Positions 1 to 8,517 of a DNA stretch of 18,861 nucleotides are shown piece by piece. Source of the stretch: an uncultured Thermococci archaeon (GTDB lineage Archaea > Methanobacteriota_B > Thermococci > Thermococcales > Thermococcaceae); assembly GCA_964487115.1 (NCBI GenBank), contig CAZAPD010000006.1, positions 1 to 18,861 on the forward strand, read 5' to 3'. The first letter of the stretch is position 1. The number at the start of each line of letters is the position of its first letter. The position numbers and the translations under genes are program-made. The notes beneath the pieces were generated by a model. The model searched no databases. It was not told the origin of the DNA and saw only the letters and a list, made by a program, of their open reading frames with translations.

Positions 1-2
1 TA

Positions 3-78
3 TGGTAGCCCCGCCGGGATTCGAACCCGGGTCGCGGGATCCAAAGTCCCGCATGCTTGGCCGCTACACCACGGGGCT
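3..78 (-). tRNA. tRNA-Gln (anticodon TTG), intronless, CCA encoded
   Basis: The reverse complement is AGCCCCGTGGTGTAGCGGCCAAGCATGCGGGACTTTGGATCCCGCGACCCGGGTTCGAATCCCGGCGGGGCTACCA. It has acceptor stem AGCCCCG/CGGGGCT, anticodon arm CGGGA-CTTTGGA-TCCCG, T-loop GGTTCGAATCC and a 3' CCA. Confidence 0.97.
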
Positions 79-104
79 GCCCGATAGTATGGAATACCAT
101 TGCC

Positions 105-118
105 TTATAAAAGTTATC
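105..118 (-). promoter_or_regulatory. Archaeal TATA box for tRNA-Gln
   Basis: Minus strand reads GATAACTTTTATAA, with the TATA element ending about 27 nt upstream of the mature tRNA 5' end. Confidence 0.6.
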
Positions 119-132
119 CACTTCTGAAAGGT

Positions 133-816
133 TCAGAATACAAACTCCTCACCCTCACCAAAGGAGAACTCACTCATGACCCTCTCGAAGTCACTCTCAG
201 CAGCATAAACAAATCCACATCTATCGCACTTCAGAAAAATCCCATCCCTCCGCAAGGGGGCAAAACAGATAGGACAGCGGTATTCTTCAACCTCAAACTT
301 GGAAAAAACATCATCAAGCATGACCAGAAGCTTCAGTTCATTCTCCCAGTCCTCATGTACCATTCCCCAGTAGGGAGTTGAAACCGGAACTTCATCTTCC
401 ACTAAAAGGGGGTTTATCCCAAGGCTTCGAATTCCATGAGGCAACTTTTGAGCAGGTTCTATCGAAACAACGAACTGATCATAAAACTCAATGTTCTGAG
501 CCCTAACTGTAATTCCAGCACCTATCCTCCTCCTCAATGGATAGAGCTGGAGGAACATCGCATCGTTGTAGGGATCAAAGCTCACCGTGGCCCCAACATG
601 CTTCGATGAAAAGAACTGGGTCAGATTTTCCTCTCTGTCCTCACCAACAAATCTGAAGCCGAGCTTTCTCATGGCCCGGTTTATAAATCCGGGTCGGGGA
701 TAGGAAGAATAGGCCAGATAATACTCACCAATCCACCCGGCCAATGCCATGGAATAACCCACAAAGAACTGCTTCTGAATCCTGAGATAGGCAATGCTCG
801 GCACCAGTTTTATCAC
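133..816 (-). CDS. Hypothetical protein with C-terminal Zn-ribbon (CPIC...CDRC)
   Basis: 227-aa ORF with GTG start preceded by a GGTGA RBS-like motif. Two CxxC pairs are followed by an acidic tail. Confidence 0.8.
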   Translation of the reverse strand: MIKLVPSIAYLRIQKQFFVGYSMALAGWIGEYYLAYSSYPRPGFINRAMRKLGFRFVGEDREENLTQFFSSKHVGATVSFDPYNDAMFLQLYPLRRRIGAGITVRAQNIEFYDQFVVSIEPAQKLPHGIRSLGINPLLVEDEVPVSTPYWGMVHEDWENELKLLVMLDDVFSKFEVEEYRCPICFAPLRRDGIFLKCDRCGFVYAAESDFERVMSEFSFGEGEEFVF

Positions 817-855
817 TGATTTTCACCGCTAAATTCAGAAACGCTGAGGAAGTAT

Positions 856-2172
856 TTATGGTTTTTGCCTTAGAACAAACCTCTCCTCAACCCCCCGACT
901 TATGAGAACAAAGGCCAGAGCCAGGAGAGCTATCGCAACTCCAGGCGGCAGAATCCACCACCAAGCACCACTTATAAAGCCGCCTTGGATGTATGCATCC
1001 GCCATATAAGAACCCCAGTTTATCCCGGGTATCATACCAAAAAACCCTATGAAAGTTATGAAAACTATAAGCCTCGGTATGGCAAGGGAGATATAGGATG
1101 TAGCAACAACAACTGCCCGGGGGAGAATATGTCTCCTGATTATATGAGCATCCCCAGCCCCCAGACTCTTTGCGGCTTCTATATACTCCTGAGATAACTC
1201 CTGAAGAATTATCATTTTCAAGCTCCTCGCATCTCTACCCCAGAAAAGGGATGCAAGTATGATAGCAAGCGTAAGAGTTGAGATTCTCATTCCAAGACCT
1301 GAAGCCTGCTTTGAGAAGAGAAATATTAGCGCCAGAGATGCAGGAAGGAGAGGTATGGAAAGAAGAATCTTGTTCATAAAATCCACAGCTTTGCCTGCAG
1401 GATTACGATAATAACCGGACATAATACCAAAGAACATGACAAAGATAAAAAGCAGGCCTGCAGAGAGAAACGTGATTAGAAGGGTGTTTCTCATTGACCA
1501 TGTGAAACCAATCCAGAGATCTCTCCCCTTTGAATCGGTCCCCATAAGTCCAAAACAGCTGCCTATTACCCTAATCTCAGGTTTGGGGGGTGTTGAATTG
1601 TTGAGGGAGTAAATTACTATATTAAAAATGTATTTCCCGTGCAGAGGCTTTCTGTCCTTGCCCATAAACAGAAGGGAAACAGGGTTCGTGAAGTAGTCCA
1701 TGGTGATGTTGAGATATGATGAAGCCATTCCCGAAATCTGTTCCCGAACAAAACTGTCTATTCCCAGAAAAAGCTCTGGATAATTAATGGGATTGCTGTA
1801 GAGGTGAATGCTGTAACCATCGGGCCTGCGAAGGGAAACATCGACTACATAGTTATCGCTTAAATTTGAACCGAAGAGAATAACCACATCCTGCGGCGGA
1901 ACATCATAACTGTATTCATACATGTAAGTGTTGTTATAAATGGTTACACCAGAATACCTAACCACATGAGTCTCAGGCGTTAGCACTTCTGAAACCGCCC
2001 TGTCATGAAGGGTTAGATAGTTGTACCATTCAGGAGGTGCAAACTTGGGGTTGTAATGCCAGTGTGTGATATCATCCCAGGTGGAAAGCTCACTTTCAGG
2101 AACAATTACCGGAACGATGAGCGAAAAGAGAATAAAGAAAAGAATCATTACAGCTCCCAGCCGAATTTTCAT
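856..2172 (-). CDS. Dipeptide/oligopeptide-type ABC transporter permease (DppC/OppC-like) with large extracellular insertion
   Basis: Motifs GLMGTDSKGRDLW and EAA loop EYIEAAKSLGAGDAHIIRRHILP, plus C-terminal WWWILPPG and several TM segments. Overlaps the upstream permease by ATGA. Confidence 0.9.
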   Translation of the reverse strand: MKIRLGAVMILFFILFSLIVPVIVPESELSTWDDITHWHYNPKFAPPEWYNYLTLHDRAVSEVLTPETHVVRYSGVTIYNNTYMYEYSYDVPPQDVVILFGSNLSDNYVVDVSLRRPDGYSIHLYSNPINYPELFLGIDSFVREQISGMASSYLNITMDYFTNPVSLLFMGKDRKPLHGKYIFNIVIYSLNNSTPPKPEIRVIGSCFGLMGTDSKGRDLWIGFTWSMRNTLLITFLSAGLLFIFVMFFGIMSGYYRNPAGKAVDFMNKILLSIPLLPASLALIFLFSKQASGLGMRISTLTLAIILASLFWGRDARSLKMIILQELSQEYIEAAKSLGAGDAHIIRRHILPRAVVVATSYISLAIPRLIVFITFIGFFGMIPGINWGSYMADAYIQGGFISGAWWWILPPGVAIALLALAFVLISRGVEERFVLRQKP

Positions 2173-3209
2173 CCTCTCACCCCTACCCTTGGATCCAGAT
2201 ATGCGTATAGGGTCTCAAGGAGCACAGCCGCAACGACGTATATTACAACTATGAGGGAGCTCACAATAAGGAATAGCATTGGATGGATGCTCATGATTAC
2301 TCCCCGATTCAAAGCAACATGCCTTGAAAAGCTATAGTATAGGAGGGTACCAAGTCCTTTGAGTCCAAAAATTATGTCTATTATGAACGTACCGGTAATC
2401 AGATCAAGAAGGGTGTAGGTAGTGAATGTTAGAAACGGGGGAAAAACATTTCTCAATATGTGTTTCCGAATAATCCACCATTCTGTAAGGCCCTTTGCCC
2501 TCGCGACAGCAACATACTCCTTATCAAATTCTTCTATTGCAAGGTTCCTTATTCTAAACGCATATCCCCAGACATACACAAGAGTCACCGAGAGAACCGG
2601 AATTATCAGGTGGGTAAGGATATCAAGATATCGCCACACCCCAGCTCTTGGAGGCAACGACTCCCAGCCAGATACTGGAAGAATATCTATTTTGAATCCA
2701 AGGACGAGTATGAGGATTCCCGCAAGCCACCATGCAGGAATCCCTTCAGAGAACGGTGCCATGAATGTCAGGATGTGATCAATGGGTGAATCCCTTTTGA
2801 GACCACTGAAAAGACCAAGGGGGACTCCAAGAAGGAGTATAAGAATCCAAGATAGAACAAGTAAAGAGAGAGTTCTCATAACATAGGGTGAGAGATCAGC
2901 CCGATACTTAACGATTATCCTAAAAGCCTGTTTTAAGTACTGAGGTGCCAGAACATATGTGGGTTTATCCAAACCAGCCTTTTTGAGGTAATAATACTCA
3001 AGATACTCTCGTGGGGTCATGTTAAGCCTTTTTGCTTCCTCCTGCATCCACGGGCTTTGATAAAAAACACTGTAGTATTCCCTGCTTATACTATTCATGA
3101 CATTTTGCTTGGAAACCTGTATTATCAAGGCCGAAAGAATGAGCATGACTATGAGACTGATTATAATTATCTCAAGAGAGCGTTTTAAAACAAACGCCAT
3201 ACGTGACAT
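2169..3209 (-). CDS. Dipeptide/oligopeptide-type ABC transporter permease (DppB/OppB-like)
   Basis: EAA loop EYVAVARAKGLTEWWIIRKHILRN, IPAWWL motif and C-terminal LYAYLDPRV. Confidence 0.92.
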   Translation of the reverse strand: MSRMAFVLKRSLEIIIISLIVMLILSALIIQVSKQNVMNSISREYYSVFYQSPWMQEEAKRLNMTPREYLEYYYLKKAGLDKPTYVLAPQYLKQAFRIIVKYRADLSPYVMRTLSLLVLSWILILLLGVPLGLFSGLKRDSPIDHILTFMAPFSEGIPAWWLAGILILVLGFKIDILPVSGWESLPPRAGVWRYLDILTHLIIPVLSVTLVYVWGYAFRIRNLAIEEFDKEYVAVARAKGLTEWWIIRKHILRNVFPPFLTFTTYTLLDLITGTFIIDIIFGLKGLGTLLYYSFSRHVALNRGVIMSIHPMLFLIVSSLIVVIYVVAAVLLETLYAYLDPRVGVRG

Positions 3210-3239
3210 GATGACACCTAAAGGAAGTAACTTCAGAAA

Positions 3240-3251
3240 TTTATAAGTTTT
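3240..3251 (-). promoter_or_regulatory. BRE/TATA promoter of the permease operon
   Basis: Minus strand reads AAAACTTATAAA about 30 nt upstream of the ATG at 3209. A GGTG RBS lies between them. Confidence 0.6.
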
Positions 3252-3275
3252 ACTGCTGTGTTAAAGGAAAAATCC

Positions 3276-6200
3276 TCAGGAGCCAAAAAATTCATCCAAA
3301 CTAATCGACTTTTTCTTTTTGAGCCGGGCTTTTTCTTCTTTAACCACCTTCTCCAAAGCTCTTGCTTTTGGCTCTTTTTTTATCTTTGTGGATTTTCCCC
3401 TGCCCTTAAACTTTCCATTCTCCCTTAATTCATCAAGATATCCGTTGCCCTTTATTTTCTTCCCTGTTCTCTTCGCTATCATTATGTCGCAGATATCATT
3501 TGTATTCAAGCTCATAAGCGTCCTTTGGGTTTCAGGAAAGACATTTTCAAAAAGGCTTTTAATATCCCTCTCTGTCAGGCATATCCTCTGCCTTGTGTAT
3601 TCAAGAACGCTGTACTTCGCCACAAGCATCTTTGCTGTTGGAAGATACTTCTCAATGGCACCCTTGCTTACAGTCAGGACAATTTTTCCACCACACTTGG
3701 GGCACTTGCCGTTCATCGGCGGTCTCCTGTATTTTGTGTTGCACTTCACACACCGAAACTCCTGCCGTGTAAAGCTCCTCAAATTTCCCCTCAAGTCTGG
3801 GATTAAGTGAGAGTTTATAATCGTCTCAGCCACGTGATGCTCATCGACGGCCCTTATACGTTCGGCCAGTTCAAGCTGCCTCTTAACTTTGTCGACCATA
3901 TCACCTAACTGCTTATAGAGGCTCAGCTTTGGTCCCAGAGCAATGTCATCGGAATCATGTGTGAACTTAAGCCCTTCATACATCTCGGGCTTTCCCAAGC
4001 GATCTTCAACACGTTCTATGAATTTGATTTCCTTTGGAGACTTCATTTCATACGTTGCCTGATAAAACTCAAGAGGATAATATCGAACTATATCGAGGTT
4101 ATGAACCTCACTGTCAACTTCTCTCGGATCCAAACGCGTGGTAACAACTAAAGGTGCATCCATTTTTCCGCCACGTTTTTCGGGTAGATAGTATTTGGAG
4201 AAGTTAAGGAGGGCATCAAGGAGAAGCATAACTGCATCTTCATCACCATCACAATTTGCTGTAGTGATATTACTATTAATTATTATAGTATGATACTTCA
4301 AGGCACTGAGCGAATAGACGAAATCATCTGATGATTCGATGTATTCCATAGAGCGCACCTTGGCAAGGATCCCCATTTCAGAGGCCTTTCTGTAGAGCTG
4401 GAACTTATGATCCTCCCATTCCATCCTAACAGAGTTCTTCCTTCCGCTTATGAAACCCACAAGTTCCATGAACTTCTTGGCCTGAATACCGTAGAGGTTT
4501 AAGCGATAAACCCTCGAAATCGGGATTTCACCACCTTTTCTCTGGTGATACCTCTGAACCACGTTTCCGGGGCGGGAGTTCGCGTTTTTATCAGCTCCCC
4601 AGCTCGCGTAGAGACCAAACTTCGAAATCAGCAGAGTGTCAATATCCTCAAGGAGGGGCTTGTTCCCACTGTACACAACAACCATCGGTCTTGAACCTAT
4701 CACGGTTCCCTTGTCCTCGAAGTAAGCCCGGAGCATCTCCGCGACCTTCTCTGCTGAAAGCTTGAAAACAAACGAAGGAACGCGCTTCGTGCCGGCGTTC
4801 TTCCCGGCCTTGAAAACCTCGGTAAAGAGCAGGTGGAGTATCCTTGAACCGACCGTAACTTTTTCACCACGCTCGTAGATTCCAAAGCCGTTGCCAAAGG
4901 CTTCCCTTAATGCTCCCTTGAGGTCTTCCCTCGCCTCTTGCTCGGCTATCGAGAAGCTTATCTGGTAAACGCTGTCGCTCTCCCTTGCATAGCCCTCCGC
5001 CATGTAGTAGCCGAGGACCCTAAGGAGGGATCTCACTGGAACGAAGCGCCTGATTCTCGCCCTATCCCTCTTGAAGCCCAAGTAGCAGTCTGGAACGTCC
5101 TCGATTGAAATGTTTAGCTCCTTCAAAACGTTGAGAAGAACGTCAAGCGGAATCGAATCCCTCCTGAGATAGTCATCCTTGACCTTGGCACCCACGGAGC
5201 ATAACCATTCAGCTATCCCGCGAATCATTATCGAGGCGTGAAGCTCCCTGAATTCATTCCGTGAGAACTCCTTGAGCAGGTCAAGGAACTCGATGTCCTT
5301 CTCCGGGAACTTCACCCTTGGAACGAGTATTAAGTCCCCCTCCCTAACTTCGAAAGCCCTCTTCTCGACGAACTTTCCATTCTCGTAGACGAGAACCGGA
5401 TGGTCAACGGTAGTCTCGAAGGCCCTGCCGAGCTCAAGCTCGAAACGTATGAGGTGGTCGGTGGAGGGAGCCTTTATGACGTCCTCAATTTCAGTCAGAA
5501 CCACTTTGCCCGTCTTAGGATCGAGAGAGTAAACCCTGACGTCAGTCTTGGGCCTCTTCCTGACGTAAACCATGTTCTCATATCTTTCTTCCTCAAAGAG
5601 GTCGTAGAGTTCCTTAAGCGTAATTCTCCTTGGCATGCCCCCAATATTGACTAAAATCATCGTTTCGCCAGGGAAGCAGTTCCTCCTCTTCGCTGCATGG
5701 TAATACGGGTGAGCATAGCCCACGAGAGCATCGACGAAACCTATAATTCTTCCGATGATTCCTGCAGAGGTGTGGGGAGCCAGACCAATTACAAGGTGTC
5801 CTATTAAATCCTCCATTTTTTCAACATTGTAGAACCTTGGAAGACCATAGAATCTCTCAAGAAGATCATCTATGAAGTGGGCAACCCTTATAAGATATTT
5901 TCCAGCCTCCTTCGGCAGGATAACATCCTGAACTTTAAGCTCAAGTATCTGATCTTCACTCACCAGAGGCTTTCCTTCAAAGTCATGAGTATATCCAAGC
6001 TCCCTCAGCTTTTCAACGCTAACCCCGATTTCCCGCGGCCTGAAGTGGGTTATTGGTGCATCGGTTGCATCAAACCGAATGGTTCCATCTTTGAAAACGT
6101 AGACATCATTTTTTGCCCTCAGAATGCCTTTTTCAAGAGGTTCTGCTATCTTGAAACCAGAAGTCATTCCCATGACACCTTTGAGCCTGTCCAGGGTATT

Positions 6201-8516
6201 TATCCTGATGTTACTCATCGCCCTATTCAGAAGCTCTGAAGGATTTATTTTCCTCCTGACGTACGGCTTCATTTCGATTCCACATTTCGGGCATATCCTG
6301 TCCTCGGTAGAATGAAATCCACATTTGGGACATGTAAAAAGAAGCTTTGCCTCGGCACCACACACAGGGCATTTTGGAAAGATGTCTGTATGGCCACATT
6401 TAACACATTTGAACTGTGCTATCTCCACAAAGGCGGTTTTACCGTCTTCAGCGGCCTTCTTTATATCCCTCGAACTCCCTCCAGCCAAACCTATGGGAAA
6501 GAGAACATGCACTGGTGGTTTCATCTTTCTCTCTTTGGCTTTTTCCGGCCGCCCCATCCTTGCTCCGATCCAGCTTATGCCCTTATCCCTGAGTTTTATC
6601 TCGCTCACTTCATTTATCAGGTCTATCGGGGTGTAAAATTCTTTCAGCTCTATCCTTTTCTCAAGATTCATCAGAGGGATCAGCAGGGCAGCACTCCATG
6701 GGTATTCAATAACAACGCTTCCGTCTTCCACCCTGTGAGGAAGACCAAGGATCTCAAGATAGCGCTTCGCTTCTCCGAGAGTATCAAGGGATATAACAAT
6801 CTCCAGGGCATATTTTATTCCCCTGTATTCCCCCCACTCAATCTGAGCATTCGCGAGGATGTTTTGGAGGGTTATTAGCTCCACAGGTTTCAGGGTATTC
6901 CAGTAAAGGGTGTAATACGGATGAAATGGAATATCCAGAATCCGGGAGATGTGTATCGCATCTTCAACCTTCGGCTTAACCCTCAGAGGATCCCTGAGGA
7001 GGTTTTTAAGAAATTCAGCATCCATGTCAAGATAATCGGCAGCTTCTTCAACCACCTCTTCATCATTCTCCTCAAAGGGCTTCAGCTCAACCTCATACAC
7101 ATCCTCTACAGCCCTGACAAATTCCTGAATCCACCATTCTTCGGCATAGTTTGCTGGAAGAAGGATATGATTATTCTCAACGAAGTCACCAAAGTTTATT
7201 ATGGCATCCCCAACATAGAGAATCTCCTTAAGCCTATCCCTTATTCTCAGGGCAGTCTCGTAGTCATCAACTCTAAGAACAGAACCATCTTTGAGTTTAA
7301 CAATCGGACCCTCAGCGGTTGTTGAGGGGGTCACTATACAGCCTTTACCGGGCCTCTCGGTTTTCATCTGGGTTCCAACAGCCAAAAACTCATCAAGAAT
7401 CAGCATCGTTGCCGGGTTTATAGACCACGTTGCAAACCCACTTGTCCTTGAACGGCCATACCTCAGTCTAAACCCTCCATTTGTTGAAGGCTCTGCAAAT
7501 AGTGGTCTGCCCCCAATTATCTCCTTTGTATATTTTGAATTCGGAGCAACATTCTCCCTGAGCTTCTCGTAGAGTTCATAATAGAAGCCCTTTTCAACAT
7601 CAGTTGTGATTTCACTCCCCGCTTCATGCTCTTCCGGGCTCGAAGCAACTTTTTCCTCCGTTTTGCCCTTCTCCTTCGATTCGACAAACTCCTTGATCCA
7701 TTCCCACCCTTCAATTCCCATCTTGTCTATGTATTTTACCAGTTTTTTGGCTTTCTGAAGAACACCCTCGGCCAAAACCAGAATCGCTCCACCTCTGAGG
7801 TGATTCGTTTCAACACCAGGAACATTTCTGTGACTCACCTCGACTTTATCAGTCTCTTCACCTGTTATCTCAACCGGGATGTTTCTCATTGCCATTCGCA
7901 CTTCATCTGCACTCGGATGATACTGCAAACGCGTGACGGCCCTGTGATACAGGTCGACCTCCTCAACCATTCGTTCTATATGTGCATCGGTAGGCTTGAA
8001 TCTGACAAGACCCAGCTTTTTCCTGACGTAATCACCAACGAGAACACTTAATGCCTGAGCAGTTCCGCCAGAGCTCCTTATCGGACCAGCATAATAGAGT
8101 GCGAGATACTCCGAACCATCAGCATTTTTCTTGATTTTAACATCAGCTATGCCTTCAAGGGGGGCAGAGACAATACCTTCCGTAAGAATTGCCAGAGCGG
8201 TCCTCACCGCCTGCTCTGCAAGCTTTTCCTTACTCTCAAACTTTCCGAATTTTCCGTCTATTATCTCATCAACAACCTTTAAAGATGCAAGTTCCTTCCC
8301 GTATTCCTTAACTAATGCCCTAATTCTCTCAGCAACACCCTTAGGGCCAACAAGACTCTCAACACGCCCAGCCATGTCCGTTGCTTGAGGTACTTCGACT
8401 TCCCTGGATGGATCACGTCCAGAAGCCCTCGCCCTTTCAGCTATCTCATATGCCCGGTCAATCTCCTTCTGCAATCTTTCAAAATACGCCTTCATATAAT
8501 CACTGTAAATATCCAT
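3276..8516 (-). CDS. polC: DNA polymerase D large (catalytic) subunit DP2, intein-containing
   Basis: Conserved DP2 motifs AGPIRSSGGTAQA, GGFRLRYGRSR and catalytic HAAKRRN|CDGDED split by the intein. It has Zn fingers and a C-terminal PIP box ISLDEFFG. Start moved from GTG 8525 to ATG 8516 because a GAGGGTG RBS precedes the latter. Confidence 0.97.
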   Translation of the reverse strand: MDIYSDYMKAYFERLQKEIDRAYEIAERARASGRDPSREVEVPQATDMAGRVESLVGPKGVAERIRALVKEYGKELASLKVVDEIIDGKFGKFESKEKLAEQAVRTALAILTEGIVSAPLEGIADVKIKKNADGSEYLALYYAGPIRSSGGTAQALSVLVGDYVRKKLGLVRFKPTDAHIERMVEEVDLYHRAVTRLQYHPSADEVRMAMRNIPVEITGEETDKVEVSHRNVPGVETNHLRGGAILVLAEGVLQKAKKLVKYIDKMGIEGWEWIKEFVESKEKGKTEEKVASSPEEHEAGSEITTDVEKGFYYELYEKLRENVAPNSKYTKEIIGGRPLFAEPSTNGGFRLRYGRSRTSGFATWSINPATMLILDEFLAVGTQMKTERPGKGCIVTPSTTAEGPIVKLKDGSVLRVDDYETALRIRDRLKEILYVGDAIINFGDFVENNHILLPANYAEEWWIQEFVRAVEDVYEVELKPFEENDEEVVEEAADYLDMDAEFLKNLLRDPLRVKPKVEDAIHISRILDIPFHPYYTLYWNTLKPVELITLQNILANAQIEWGEYRGIKYALEIVISLDTLGEAKRYLEILGLPHRVEDGSVVIEYPWSAALLIPLMNLEKRIELKEFYTPIDLINEVSEIKLRDKGISWIGARMGRPEKAKERKMKPPVHVLFPIGLAGGSSRDIKKAAEDGKTAFVEIAQFKCVKCGHTDIFPKCPVCGAEAKLLFTCPKCGFHSTEDRICPKCGIEMKPYVRRKINPSELLNRAMSNIRINTLDRLKGVMGMTSGFKIAEPLEKGILRAKNDVYVFKDGTIRFDATDAPITHFRPREIGVSVEKLRELGYTHDFEGKPLVSEDQILELKVQDVILPKEAGKYLIRVAHFIDDLLERFYGLPRFYNVEKMEDLIGHLVIGLAPHTSAGIIGRIIGFVDALVGYAHPYYHAAKRRNCFPGETMILVNIGGMPRRITLKELYDLFEEERYENMVYVRKRPKTDVRVYSLDPKTGKVVLTEIEDVIKAPSTDHLIRFELELGRAFETTVDHPVLVYENGKFVEKRAFEVREGDLILVPRVKFPEKDIEFLDLLKEFSRNEFRELHASIMIRGIAEWLCSVGAKVKDDYLRRDSIPLDVLLNVLKELNISIEDVPDCYLGFKRDRARIRRFVPVRSLLRVLGYYMAEGYARESDSVYQISFSIAEQEAREDLKGALREAFGNGFGIYERGEKVTVGSRILHLLFTEVFKAGKNAGTKRVPSFVFKLSAEKVAEMLRAYFEDKGTVIGSRPMVVVYSGNKPLLEDIDTLLISKFGLYASWGADKNANSRPGNVVQRYHQRKGGEIPISRVYRLNLYGIQAKKFMELVGFISGRKNSVRMEWEDHKFQLYRKASEMGILAKVRSMEYIESSDDFVYSLSALKYHTIIINSNITTANCDGDEDAVMLLLDALLNFSKYYLPEKRGGKMDAPLVVTTRLDPREVDSEVHNLDIVRYYPLEFYQATYEMKSPKEIKFIERVEDRLGKPEMYEGLKFTHDSDDIALGPKLSLYKQLGDMVDKVKRQLELAERIRAVDEHHVAETIINSHLIPDLRGNLRSFTRQEFRCVKCNTKYRRPPMNGKCPKCGGKIVLTVSKGAIEKYLPTAKMLVAKYSVLEYTRQRICLTERDIKSLFENVFPETQRTLMSLNTNDICDIMIAKRTGKKIKGNGYLDELRENGKFKGRGKSTKIKKEPKARALEKVVKEEKARLKKKKSISLDEFFGS
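4254..5678 (-). mobile_element. Intein (475 aa) with LAGLIDADG homing-endonuclease domain in DP2
   Basis: Begins CFPGET (block A) right after KRRN and ends NITTAN before CDGDED. Block B is TTVDHPVLV, block C VLGYYMAEG (4992-5018), block E LRAYFEDKG (4707-4733) and block F DFVYSL. Confidence 0.95.
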
Positions 8517-8517
8517 G

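Noticed and set aside
3..78. tRNA-Gln as an integration site
   Set aside because: Its 3' flank is outside the window, and I saw no integrase or duplicated tRNA fragment.
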